A stretch of 64,000 nucleotides of DNA from Candidatus Xenobia bacterium (lineage in GTDB: Bacteria; Vulcanimicrobiota; Xenobia; Xenobiales; QWHO01), in assembly GCA_045863235.1 (NCBI GenBank), contig BTUM01000001.1, forward strand, positions 224,001 through 288,000, read 5' to 3'. Below, piece after piece: positions 28,964 through 38,349 of the stretch. The stretch's first letter is position 1; every line of letters starts with the position of its first letter. A program made the translations under genes and the position numbers. The notes under the pieces are model-generated. The model searched no databases. It had not been told where the DNA came from and was given only the letters and a program-made list of their open reading frames with translations.

Positions 28964-31900
28964 TTATTTCGGGAGCGGCAGGTGGGTGATTTTTGTCGTA
29001 ACCAGGCCACCCGACTGGCCATCGGAGTAGCTGGCCTGCACCTCGAAGATGGCGACCTGTCCTCCCGGTGGATCCGACTCCGCGGTCACGACCCCGGTGC
29101 GGCTGATGCTGACCGAGGTATCCTGTCTGGCCACGTCGTTCACCGGGGACAGTTTCCAGGTGATGAAAGGCTGGGCGGCCGGATCGAGCGCGAGGTTGTG
29201 ATAACTGAACAGGGGGGGCCTTCGCGAGCCTGACAAGTTGAACGAGTTGACGTGCACGGCGCAGAGCTCGAGCTCGAGCCGGGCCGTTTGGCGGGCGTTG
29301 GCCGGGCCCGGACCATAGATCTTGCCGCCATAGGGGCGAAGGATCTGGATGTCCACGCCATTGAGAAACTTCGGAAGGGTGGCTCTCGGAGGGGCAGGCG
29401 GCCCCCCTCCGGCAATGGGCGGGTCGGTCACGGACGCATCCAGGACCACGTCGATGGTATCTCGATAGACCATCTGGACCCCGTCCAGGTTGGTCGTGAT
29501 CACCGCGGTCAGCGTTCCTTGGGTCGCGCCCCCGGACAGCAGCGAAGTGGCGGTCACGCTGAACTCCCCGTTCCCGAGCGGCACGACGCGGATGGCATTG
29601 TCGCTGGGGAACCAGCGGACATCATCGCTGGCGCTCGCGTTGGCCAGGGGGATGGTCTCGGCGGCATTTCTCGCGGGCACATCGACGTTCAAGTCTTCGA
29701 AATTGGCGTCCGTGGAGACAGCCGGATCGCCCCCTTTGGCCCGCATCGAAATTCTGTGCCGGCGGGCTACCTGCACGAAGAGGCTGGTCCCCTGGCTCTT
29801 CTTGACGACGATTCTGCGAGGATAGATCTGCAGCCCGGACACATGAGGCTCGCTGTCAGCCCAGAGCCAGTCAAGACTTACCTTGCTCGCCTTGTCACCC
29901 GGAGTGAAATCGGCCGTCAGGGTCGCTCCATCGGGGTGAATCAAGGTTGGCCGCAGGGTGGCGCCGAGCTTGGGGGTGGGCTGTCCCTGCCCGGTCGAGC
30001 GACGCAGGATGGTCCCGGACCGCAGCAACGGCTCGGATTGCCCCGGATTTCCCTGCATGGCGGTTCTTCGCGAGTGGCTGACCCCGACCAGCTCGGTCGA
30101 GGAGTTCCAGCGGACCAGATGGGAGACATCGACATACTGCTGTCCGACCAGGGCCACCGCCTTCACTCCCGAGAGCCCGCTGGCCTTGTCGGCGTTGTTG
30201 GGCAAGATCTGCATTGAGCCGCCGCTCTTGCGGGCCAACAACTGCACCGACGGAACGAAGTTCTTGGGCACTTCCGCCACCAGCATGAAGGGCTCGGAGC
30301 GCCCGCTGACCTTCCACTTGTTCGCGCGGTCTCTCGAATCGTAGGCCCCCGGGAACTCTCCCGGGCTGTAGGTGCGAGTACGATTGTCGAAGTTGCTTTT
30401 GTAGCTGACGGGAAAGAACGCATAGTAGCGCGCCAGACGGGTGGGCTCTCCGGCCACGACCGTATTGTCGTCATCCTCGGTGGCCACGTAGCCGCCCTCA
30501 AAATCGAAGTTGTGGCGAGACTGCCAGTCCCTGCGGTCGAGCGAGCCGAAGGTTGCCTTCAGGTCCTTGATGCGGGCAAGTCTCCAGGCGTACACGCCGG
30601 AGTAACGGAAGTTGGTGGCGAACGAGGTGGCCTGGTCGAAGGTCATCGGGCCCTGCACCTGGGTGTAGTAGAGCAGGTTCTGGCTCTTGTCGTAGACCAG
30701 GTTGGGACCGGGTAACTCGGGGATCATGGCGTCGATCTCGTTGAGCTGAGCGTCCATCTCATCGAGCAGGGCCACGAGCTGCACCTGAACCGGTTGCGTC
30801 GTGTCGGCCGTGGCCAGCTCGAGCAGGACGTCGCCCAGGTTGAAGAGCCGGAGGGCATGGAACTCGGCGAAGGCATTCAGAGATTCCTGAATCGGCCAGG
30901 AGTAAACCGTTTCATCCCCATTCAGGAGCTTGTAGTAGGTGGTCAGAACGCCATCGCCTGACACTCCGACCAGGATGTCGAAGTAATCCTTGTGCATGGT
31001 CCGCAGGGTGACCTGGTCTCCGAAGACGCCCTCCACCTTGCCGCCCTGGCGAAGCGTCTTGAGAGCGGCCTGGATGCTATCGATGCGGTTCCCATACTGC
31101 TGCAGGGTCAGCGAGCCGCCTGCGAGCCGGCTCTCCAGTTGCTGCTGTTTGACCAGAGCCTCCACGTCCTTGAGGATTGTGTGGATATGGTCGCCTGTGT
31201 GAGTGTAGAGCGAGGCCGCGAGGCTGTAGATGGCAGCCGCCCCGGCCAGAATATCGAATGCGTTGAAAACCCACGCTTTGCAGTCCCAGGCCCTCAGCTC
31301 TTTGAGGTACTTCTGGCCCTCAGCACCCTCAAAGCGCAGGACCTTCGCGTGGGCATCGATCTCATTGAGAATGGCGGTGTGGCTGGTCAGGGTCTTGTTG
31401 ATGCCCCTGGCTTCCGTTCGGATCTCTTTTGAGATAACCAGGTTGTCTTTACTGGTTTTCAAGATTTCGGCGATTTCTTTCTCTGCTTGAATCGATTCGG
31501 CCGTCGTGCGGGGAGTGATTCCGGCCCGGGCCTGCGGGCCATCACCCGGGCCGTCGCCAGCAAGATTCAGGGTCATGCCCTCGTCGATAAAGGCCACGAA
31601 GTCCGTCACGCCCTCCCCGGGCGTTCCGGAAACCGAGGAGAACCCGCCGTGAGCGCGGACGAACTGCCGGTAGGTCAGGGAGGAGAACTCGTCTCCCTCC
31701 CAATCGACGTCGGCATGGGGATTGAACGAGGGGGGTAATTCCAGGAAACTGCCCACCCTTCGAGCGGACTCAACCAGGTCGACGTCGGGATGGGCATCGT
31801 GGTAGGCCGCGATCAGGTCCGTCAGGGGATTGGTGGAGACCAGAGCCCCGTCCCAGCCCACCACCTGGCTGCGCATGATCTCCGTCACTCCGCTCGAGGT

Positions 31901-32200
31901 CCGGGTGGTGGCCACGATCTGGAACGAGTCCGGCAAGGCGCCCTGGAACTGAAAGAAACCGTCGTCATCCACTGTCACCTCTGGCGTCTCGAGGACGGCT
32001 CCATCGGGAGCCAGGAAAACGACCGAAGTCACGACTTGACCGGGCTCGAGCTCGATCCGTCCTGTCAGGACCCGGCCTGGAAGGGCCGGGGCGACATCGT
32101 CCAGCGCCCCCCCCGCGGCAGGGTCGGACCCGCTGCAGGCAGTGAGGCTCAGAGAAAGGAGAATCAGACAGAGAAACAGGCGAGCAGGAAGAGTGAACAA
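28964..32200 (-). CDS. large lipoprotein with helical segment, DUF1566/Lcl-like domain and Ig-like C-terminal region
   Basis: Lipobox LTAC; MTFDQATSFATNF...WRLARIKDL; repeated VxWxSS-type strands. Confidence 0.7.
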   Translation of the reverse strand: MFTLPARLFLCLILLSLSLTACSGSDPAAGGALDDVAPALPGRVLTGRIELEPGQVVTSVVFLAPDGAVLETPEVTVDDDGFFQFQGALPDSFQIVATTRTSSGVTEIMRSQVVGWDGALVSTNPLTDLIAAYHDAHPDVDLVESARRVGSFLELPPSFNPHADVDWEGDEFSSLTYRQFVRAHGGFSSVSGTPGEGVTDFVAFIDEGMTLNLAGDGPGDGPQARAGITPRTTAESIQAEKEIAEILKTSKDNLVISKEIRTEARGINKTLTSHTAILNEIDAHAKVLRFEGAEGQKYLKELRAWDCKAWVFNAFDILAGAAAIYSLAASLYTHTGDHIHTILKDVEALVKQQQLESRLAGGSLTLQQYGNRIDSIQAALKTLRQGGKVEGVFGDQVTLRTMHKDYFDILVGVSGDGVLTTYYKLLNGDETVYSWPIQESLNAFAEFHALRLFNLGDVLLELATADTTQPVQVQLVALLDEMDAQLNEIDAMIPELPGPNLVYDKSQNLLYYTQVQGPMTFDQATSFATNFRYSGVYAWRLARIKDLKATFGSLDRRDWQSRHNFDFEGGYVATEDDDNTVVAGEPTRLARYYAFFPVSYKSNFDNRTRTYSPGEFPGAYDSRDRANKWKVSGRSEPFMLVAEVPKNFVPSVQLLARKSGGSMQILPNNADKASGLSGVKAVALVGQQYVDVSHLVRWNSSTELVGVSHSRRTAMQGNPGQSEPLLRSGTILRRSTGQGQPTPKLGATLRPTLIHPDGATLTADFTPGDKASKVSLDWLWADSEPHVSGLQIYPRRIVVKKSQGTSLFVQVARRHRISMRAKGGDPAVSTDANFEDLNVDVPARNAAETIPLANASASDDVRWFPSDNAIRVVPLGNGEFSVTATSLLSGGATQGTLTAVITTNLDGVQMVYRDTIDVVLDASVTDPPIAGGGPPAPPRATLPKFLNGVDIQILRPYGGKIYGPGPANARQTARLELELCAVHVNSFNLSGSRRPPLFSYHNLALDPAAQPFITWKLSPVNDVARQDTSVSISRTGVVTAESDPPGGQVAIFEVQASYSDGQSGGLVTTKITHLPLPK

Positions 32201-32263
32201 AGATGCTCCAGGTGCGAAGTTGACCGATATGATTCGAAAAGGACGGACGGACTCCTCTCACAG

Positions 32264-32462
32264 TTGCATCGCGGAGCGTGTTGAGCGAAGCCAACTCGGA
32301 GGGCATACATCCCCAAGGCAGACGGCCGGCAACGGCCGCTGGGAGTCGCGTCTCTCGAGGACAAGACCGCCCAGAGGGCTGTGGTGGAGGGTGGAGGTGC
32401 TGAATGCTATCTACGAGGTGGATTTTCTCGGCTTCTCATACGGTTTGCGGCGAGGTCGTTGG
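32264..32462 (+). pseudogene. group II intron reverse transcriptase fragment
   Basis: Reads [33 protein letters not shown] / [17 protein letters not shown] across a frameshift; no YADD. Confidence 0.85.
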
Positions 32463-32612
32463 GGGTCATGCTCGAGTTCGCCGATAAGTAGAGAGTCGAT
32501 TCGCAACAAGAAGATTTTTCTCATCGTCCTGGAGGTACTATCAGCTTGAGGGCCTCCGGTGGAATGTCTTTGCCCAGTTCGAGAGCATTGACGCAAAGAG
32601 GTGCTCTTGTGC

Positions 32613-33734
32613 CTAGCAGGTCAGGGCGGCCGGGTAAGTGAAGTAGCGCCCCAACTGCGGGCCGCGCTGGTGCATGTAGTGGCTCTTGATGTCCACTCCG
32701 TAGATCTTGTCGGGCTCCTTGAGCAGCGACTCGTAGACCATCTTGCAGATGGGCTGACCGTGACGGAACAGCACGTCTTCGTGGGGGGCCACTTCGAGCA
32801 CGGCGGGAGTTCCCAGCACTTCGCCCTCCTGGCCGTAGCCAAAGCCCGGGTCGAAGAAACCGGCGTAGTGCGAGCGGAACTCCCCGCTGTGGATGTCGTA
32901 GGCCACCATCTCGACGGCGTGCATGGGCGGGACGCGGAGAAACTCGCGGGTGCACATGATGTAGAAGTGGTCCCGGCGCAGCAACACCTCCTGGTGACCG
33001 CTGGGCTCCAGGGGGCGAAAGAACTCCTCGGCCGGGTGGGCCTCGGGCGAGGTCAGGTCGACCACCTGCATGGAGGCGATGGCTTCATAGCCCACCACGG
33101 GCTGGTCCAGGTCGACGCTGAGCAGCAGGCCCTTGTCGAACTCGGGATTGAGCTTGCGTCCCTCGCGGTCGTAGACCAGGCCGATTTTCTGGTGGGCCAT
33201 CTCCAGCTCGAGATCGGAGAGCCGGTTGTCGCCGAGCAGGAACCGGGCCTGGTTCAGGCACACCCCGGTGGAGACCCGGATGGGCCAGGAGCGCGGCGTG
33301 ATCATGACATAGGCCTTGCCCCGGTAGCCGGGCGGGATCTTGTCGAAGCGGGGCAGCCGGTCGACCAGCGTGCGCACCCAGATGTTGGTGCGACCGGTGG
33401 AGCTCTTGTTGTTCGTGTAGGCGTGCACCGACTCGGGTAAAGAGAACGACTCCATCAGCTCCAGCACATAGGTGTGATTGAGCTTGAGCACGGTGCTGGA
33501 GGTGAGGTCGAAGCTCTCCTCGGCGGTGGCTTTGAGCGCTTCCTCGATGGTTTCGCCAGCCTTGGGCAGAAAGGCAGCTCGCACTCGATGCCCGCGAGTG
33601 CCCAGGCGCAGGTCCAGGCTGGCGGGTTGGAGGTTCTTGGCGGGCACGCTCAGCTCGGATGTGATGCTGCCGTTATCGAGGAATTCCTGGATGATCTGGG
33701 AGGGAATGGCACCCTGACGACGCATGCCCGTCAA
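32613..33734 (-). CDS. dcd: dCTP deaminase, two-domain type
   Basis: QPASLDLRLG, NNKSSTGR, EFRSHYAGFFDPGFG, AVLEV. Confidence 0.88.
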   Translation of the reverse strand: MTGMRRQGAIPSQIIQEFLDNGSITSELSVPAKNLQPASLDLRLGTRGHRVRAAFLPKAGETIEEALKATAEESFDLTSSTVLKLNHTYVLELMESFSLPESVHAYTNNKSSTGRTNIWVRTLVDRLPRFDKIPPGYRGKAYVMITPRSWPIRVSTGVCLNQARFLLGDNRLSDLELEMAHQKIGLVYDREGRKLNPEFDKGLLLSVDLDQPVVGYEAIASMQVVDLTSPEAHPAEEFFRPLEPSGHQEVLLRRDHFYIMCTREFLRVPPMHAVEMVAYDIHSGEFRSHYAGFFDPGFGYGQEGEVLGTPAVLEVAPHEDVLFRHGQPICKMVYESLLKEPDKIYGVDIKSHYMHQRGPQLGRYFTYPAALTC

Positions 33735-33740
33735 TCTCCT

Positions 33741-33836
33741 TCGCTGCGCGGTTCACCTATAGGTTTGGGCTACGCTCGCAAGCTCGCTGCGCGCTTCGCT
33801 TATATGTTTGGACTACGCTCGCAAGCTCGCTGCGCT
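33741..33836. repeat. 43-bp imperfect tandem repeat, ~2.2 copies
   Basis: TCGCTGCGC at 33741, 33784 and 33827; CTACGCTCGCAAGC twice. Confidence 0.8.
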
Positions 33837-33847
33837 TGCAGTTCGCC

Positions 33848-33876
33848 TTGCGTCGGCGCAAACCTGCGCGTATACT
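33848..33876 (+). promoter_or_regulatory. sigma70-type promoter for rodA
   Basis: TTGCGT-N17-TATACT. Confidence 0.6.
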
Positions 33877-33917
33877 GACGCCCATGCCGATTCCCGCAGG
33901 AGAGCGCTGAGTCGTCC

Positions 33918-35036
33918 GTGCAACGGTTCGACCTGCCACTGGCCCTGGTCATCCTGGTGCTTGCCGGCCTCGGATTGATGGCCATCTACAGCGCCACGGG
34001 TCAGGATCTGTCCCCTGAAGGCGAGTTCCGTCGCCAGCTGCAGTTCGCCCTGCTGGGCCTGGTTTTATTCGTGCTCTGCGCCTGGAGCGATTACGAGACT
34101 TGGGGAAGGCTGCACTGGCTGCTCTACTTGCTGGCGGTCGGCTTTCTGATCGCGGTGGACGTGGCCGGGCACACCGCCCGCGGATCACAACGCTGGCTGT
34201 CGCTGGGCCCGATCGCCTTTCAGCCCTCCGAACTGGCCAAGCTGGCCGTGCTCAACAGCCTGGCTCGCGTGCTGGCCGTCGAGCCAGGGCGCCGGCTCCC
34301 CTGGGGCCAGGCATTGCTGCTGGCCGGAGTGCCGATTCTGCTGATCTTCCTCCAGCCCGACCTGGGCACCGCCCTGGTGGTCGTGGCCGTGTTGCTGGTG
34401 CTGCTCTACGCTCAGGGCGTGAGCCCTCTCTGGCTGGGCGCCATCGCCCTGGCCGGCTTGCTGGCCGGGCCGCTGGTGCTGCACGACTACCAGCGCGAGC
34501 GTCTGCTCACGTTCATGCACCCCGAGCGCGATCCCACCGGCGCCGGCTGGAACCTGATCCAGTCCCAGATCGCCGTGGGATCGGGCGAGATCTGGGGCAA
34601 AGGCCTGTTTCAGGGCACGCAAAACCAGTTCAACTTCGTGCCCGAGCACCACACCGACTTCATCTTCACCGTCATCGCCGAGGAGCTGGGTCTGGTGGGA
34701 AGCGTCTCGGTGCTGCTGCTCTACCTCTACGTGCTCAGCTCGGGCCTGGTCACCGCCCGGGTGGCCCGGGACCGCTACGGAAGCTTGCTGGCTCTCGGTA
34801 TCGTGACGGTGCTCGGATTTCACGTGGTGGTGAACATCGGCATGGTGATCGGTCTGATGCCGGTCACCGGGGTCCCTCTGCCGCTCTTGAGCTATGGCGG
34901 CAGCTCGCTCTGGATCACGATGATCATGCTGGGCCTGTTGTTCTCGATTAGGGCTCGTCGGCCCAAGCGAGAGCCCCTGCCCGAGCCCGAGTTCGGTCTT
35001 CCCGACGACCAGGACCTCCACGACCGCTCGAGCTGA
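33918..35036 (+). CDS. rodA: rod shape-determining protein RodA (SEDS family)
   Basis: FQPSELAK, QPDLGT, QSQIAVGSG, PEHHTDFIF, GLMPVTGVPLPLLSYGGSS. Confidence 0.93.
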   Translation: MQRFDLPLALVILVLAGLGLMAIYSATGQDLSPEGEFRRQLQFALLGLVLFVLCAWSDYETWGRLHWLLYLLAVGFLIAVDVAGHTARGSQRWLSLGPIAFQPSELAKLAVLNSLARVLAVEPGRRLPWGQALLLAGVPILLIFLQPDLGTALVVVAVLLVLLYAQGVSPLWLGAIALAGLLAGPLVLHDYQRERLLTFMHPERDPTGAGWNLIQSQIAVGSGEIWGKGLFQGTQNQFNFVPEHHTDFIFTVIAEELGLVGSVSVLLLYLYVLSSGLVTARVARDRYGSLLALGIVTVLGFHVVVNIGMVIGLMPVTGVPLPLLSYGGSSLWITMIMLGLLFSIRARRPKREPLPEPEFGLPDDQDLHDRSS

Positions 35037-35072
35037 GAGGGCTTCCCCCCGGGGCCTTAGAAAGCCAGAGCC

Positions 35073-36725
35073 ATGAACAGAACCATTGTGCGCGCTGCCC
35101 GTGGAATCGACCTCTCCTGCCAGGCCTGGCCACAGGAAGCCGCTCTGCGGATGCTGATGAACAACCTCGACCCGGAAGTCGCCGAAGACCCCGAGAACCT
35201 GATCGTCTATGGCGGCACCGGCAAGGCGGCCCGGAACTGGGAGAGCTTCGAGGCCATCGTGCGCTGCCTCAAGAGCCTCAAATCGAACGAGACCCTGCTG
35301 GTGCAGTCGGGTAAGCCGGTGGGGGTCCTGCCGAGCCACCCGCTGGCTCCCCGCGTGCTGCTGGTGAACTCCATGCTGGTTCCGGCCTGGGCCACCTGGG
35401 AGAAGTTCCGTGAGCTGGAGCGGGCCGGGCTGACCATGTACGGCCAGATGACGGCCGGCTCCTGGATCTACATCGGAACCCAGGGCATCCTGCAGGGAAC
35501 CTACGAGACCCTGGCCGAGTTGGCCCGGCGCCACTTCGGGGGAAGTCTGAAAGGCCGCCTGGTGCTGACCGCTGGCCTGGGAGGGATGGGTGGAGCCCAG
35601 CCCCTGGCCGTGACCTTCAACGAGGGGGTCGCCCTGGTGGCCGAGGTCGATCCTCAGCGGGCTCAGCGCCGCGTGGAGACGGGCTACTGCGACCGGCTGA
35701 CCCACTCGCTGGACGAGGCGCTGGCCTGGGTGGCTCAAGCTCGCGAGCAGGGCGAGGCGCTCTCGGTGGGGCTGGTGGGCAACGCGGCCGAGGTGTTCCC
35801 CGAGGTGCATCGCCGCGGGGTGAAGCCTGATGTGGTCACCGACCAGACCAGCGCCCACGACATGCTGCAGGGCTACGTTCCTCACGGGATCTCGCTGGGC
35901 GAGGCACTGGAGCTGCGCCGCTTTGATCCGGCCGAGTACGAGCGCCGCTCCTTCGCGTCAGCGGCTCTTCACGTGCGGGCCATGCTCGACTTGCAGAAGG
36001 CCGGCTCGGTCGTCTTCGACTACGGCAACAACCTTCGCGCCCAGGCCCAGAAGGCGGGCGTGACCGACGCCTTCGACTTTCCCGGTTTCGTACCGGCTTA
36101 TATCCGGCCTCTGTTCTGCGAGGGGAAGGGTCCTTTCCGGTGGGTGGCTCTCTCGGGCGATCCGGAGGATATCTACGTGACCGATCGGGCCGTGCTGGAG
36201 ACCTTTCCCGAGGACACGGCCCTGCGACGCTGGATTGAGAAAGCCCGGGAAAAGGTCCAGTTCCAGGGCCTGCCAGCCCGGATCTGCTGGCTGGGCTACC
36301 GCGAGCGCGAGAAGATGGGGCTGGTCTTCAACGAGCTGGTGCGCACCGGCCAGGTCAAAGCACCCATCGTGATCGGGCGCGACCACCTCGATTCAGGCTC
36401 GGTGGCCTCTCCCAACCGCGAGACCGAGGCCATGCAGGACGGCTCCGACGCTATCGGCGACTGGCCCATTCTGAACGCCCTGATCAACTCGGTGTGCGGA
36501 GCTCACTGGGTGAGCGTGCACCACGGAGGCGGCGTGGGGATCGGCTACTCGCTGCACGCCGGGATGGTGGTGGTGGCGGATGGCAGCGCGGAGGCCGAGC
36601 AGCGACTGAGAATGGTGCTCAACTCCGATCCCGCGATGGGGGTCTTGCGCCACGCCGACGCTGGCTACGAGCGCGCTCTGGAGGTGGCTCGCGAGCGGGG
36701 CGTGCGGGTGCCGATGCAGGAATGA
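35073..36725 (+). CDS. hutU: urocanate hydratase
   Basis: [58 protein letters not shown]. Confidence 0.98.
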   Translation: MNRTIVRAARGIDLSCQAWPQEAALRMLMNNLDPEVAEDPENLIVYGGTGKAARNWESFEAIVRCLKSLKSNETLLVQSGKPVGVLPSHPLAPRVLLVNSMLVPAWATWEKFRELERAGLTMYGQMTAGSWIYIGTQGILQGTYETLAELARRHFGGSLKGRLVLTAGLGGMGGAQPLAVTFNEGVALVAEVDPQRAQRRVETGYCDRLTHSLDEALAWVAQAREQGEALSVGLVGNAAEVFPEVHRRGVKPDVVTDQTSAHDMLQGYVPHGISLGEALELRRFDPAEYERRSFASAALHVRAMLDLQKAGSVVFDYGNNLRAQAQKAGVTDAFDFPGFVPAYIRPLFCEGKGPFRWVALSGDPEDIYVTDRAVLETFPEDTALRRWIEKAREKVQFQGLPARICWLGYREREKMGLVFNELVRTGQVKAPIVIGRDHLDSGSVASPNRETEAMQDGSDAIGDWPILNALINSVCGAHWVSVHHGGGVGIGYSLHAGMVVVADGSAEAEQRLRMVLNSDPAMGVLRHADAGYERALEVARERGVRVPMQE

Positions 36726-36787
36726 AGAGGCCAGGCTTGCACGCCTGGCCTGCTCTGATCCGTTGAGCGTTCCATCGGGGACGCGTT

Positions 36788-37426
36788 CTACATCATCTCG
36801 TCTTGCAGCAACTGGATCATCTTGCGGGCATACTGGTCGTTGGGCTCGACCTGCAGGACCTTCTGGAACTGCACCCGGGCCTCTTCGAAATCGCCCAGCT
36901 TGTAGCACATCAGGGCCAGGTTGTAGTGGGCCTCTTTGTGCGTCGAATCGTACTTGAGCGCGAGTTGGAACTCGCTCTTGGCCTGATCGAGAAAGCTCTC
37001 GTTCTCGGACATGGAGAGCCCGAGCATGAAGTGCACGTCGGCCTGCTTGGGATCAGGCTTGTTGGCCCCGTCATCCTTCTTCTTCATGAAGGGGGAGAGC
37101 AGTTGCTCGAGCAGGGACTTTTGCTTCTTCTCAGGCTTCTTGAACAAAGAGGCTTTGTCCATGGCCTTGCTGCGTGCCGAGTTCTTGGAGAAACGGCGCA
37201 TCTGGAACTGCGGCTGGGCGTCGTAAGCCTTGCGCTTGGCGTTATCGTTGAGCGTGTTATAGGCCTCGACGAGCTCTTTCATCTTCTCGTCGGAGACCGT
37301 TTTCATGTCCGGATTGAGGTCAGGGTGGTACTTTTTGGAAAGGTTCCGGTAGGCTTTCTTGATCTCGTCAGGGGGCGAGATGGGGGGAATCGATAGTACC
37401 AAATAGTAGTCCCGCTTGTGAGCCAA
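36788..37426 (-). CDS. DnaJ-domain + TPR protein
   Basis: [22 protein letters not shown]-terminal TPRs (AHYNLA); likely TTG start at 37426. Confidence 0.88.
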   Translation of the reverse strand: MAHKRDYYLVLSIPPISPPDEIKKAYRNLSKKYHPDLNPDMKTVSDEKMKELVEAYNTLNDNAKRKAYDAQPQFQMRRFSKNSARSKAMDKASLFKKPEKKQKSLLEQLLSPFMKKKDDGANKPDPKQADVHFMLGLSMSENESFLDQAKSEFQLALKYDSTHKEAHYNLALMCYKLGDFEEARVQFQKVLQVEPNDQYARKMIQLLQDEMM

Positions 37427-37542
37427 CCTGAATACGTCTCGCTTTCCCAAAAGTATGGTGATTTGGGCTTCAGCCCGGGAGGGGTGACCGCTTCCATGAT
37501 TCTTTGCGCTCCCGGAGGCTCCTGTTCCTCCTGGGAAGCCGA

Positions 37543-38349
37543 CTATCCGGCCAGAAAAGCTTCCATCCCCACGGCCGCAAGACCGAGTTCCACCCGAAGG
37601 CTCTGCTCTGCGCCGGCCACCTGTCCGGATCCTTCCATCACCACACGCTCGATTTCGGGATCGGTGCGCAGAGCGTAGCTCTTGTTGATTTTCTGGTCGC
37701 CCAGTTGCCCTTCCACCAGAACCTGGGCCAGACCGTCTCCACGCTCCAGGCTCGGGGCCAGGCTGGCCTGAGCTTTGTAAGGCAGGCCGCCGACCGTTCC
37801 CCGGACGTCGCACCAGGTCTGGGCCTGGCCAGGCAGGGGATTCTGATCCACCTGGCGGTTCTGCCAGCCCAGGGAATACTGAAGGTCAATCTCCAGCCCA
37901 TTGGCCTTGCCGGTCAGGCGCAGCCCGTGGTCAGTCAGTTTGACCAGGATGTTCTCTTGAACCGCCCCAAAACGTCCGAACAGCCGTACCCGGTCGGAGC
38001 CGACCGGCCGCACGGTCTCGGCCACGGTGCGCTCGTCCACGGTGCCGCGGGCGTCCATTCCCTGCCGGTCGAAGTCGTAGTTGACCTGGGCCACGCGGCC
38101 GTCCAGCACCGCCTTGAGGGTGGGCGCCGCGGCAGCCAGGCCGGCCCCTCCTCCCATGCCGCCGATGACGCTGGCCATCATTACGGTGGCGCACACGGCC
38201 GGGTCGAGGATGGGGAGAAGGGCCACCTCCCGACCGGCATCGAGCAGGGCCTGATCAACCGGTTCGGGGAGCGGGGTCGTGGTTGTTGCCGATGGGGCGG
38301 CCACGGCCGGCCTCGGCTGAGTGAGCGGGAGATGAGCTCCGATGCGCAT
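37543..38349 (-). CDS. hypothetical protein
   Basis: Start overlaps the stop of the upstream SGNH gene; beta-rich C-terminus. Confidence 0.6.
   Translation of the reverse strand: MRIGAHLPLTQPRPAVAAPSATTTTPLPEPVDQALLDAGREVALLPILDPAVCATVMMASVIGGMGGGAGLAAAAPTLKAVLDGRVAQVNYDFDRQGMDARGTVDERTVAETVRPVGSDRVRLFGRFGAVQENILVKLTDHGLRLTGKANGLEIDLQYSLGWQNRQVDQNPLPGQAQTWCDVRGTVGGLPYKAQASLAPSLERGDGLAQVLVEGQLGDQKINKSYALRTDPEIERVVMEGSGQVAGAEQSLRVELGLAAVGMEAFLAG

Noticed and set aside
28964..32462. Diversity-generating retroelement (RT beside a DUF1566-like gene)
   Set aside because: The RT piece is short and intron-like; I saw no template/variable repeat pair or avd gene
33741..33836. CRISPR mini-array
   Set aside because: The would-be spacers resemble each other, so this is a tandem repeat
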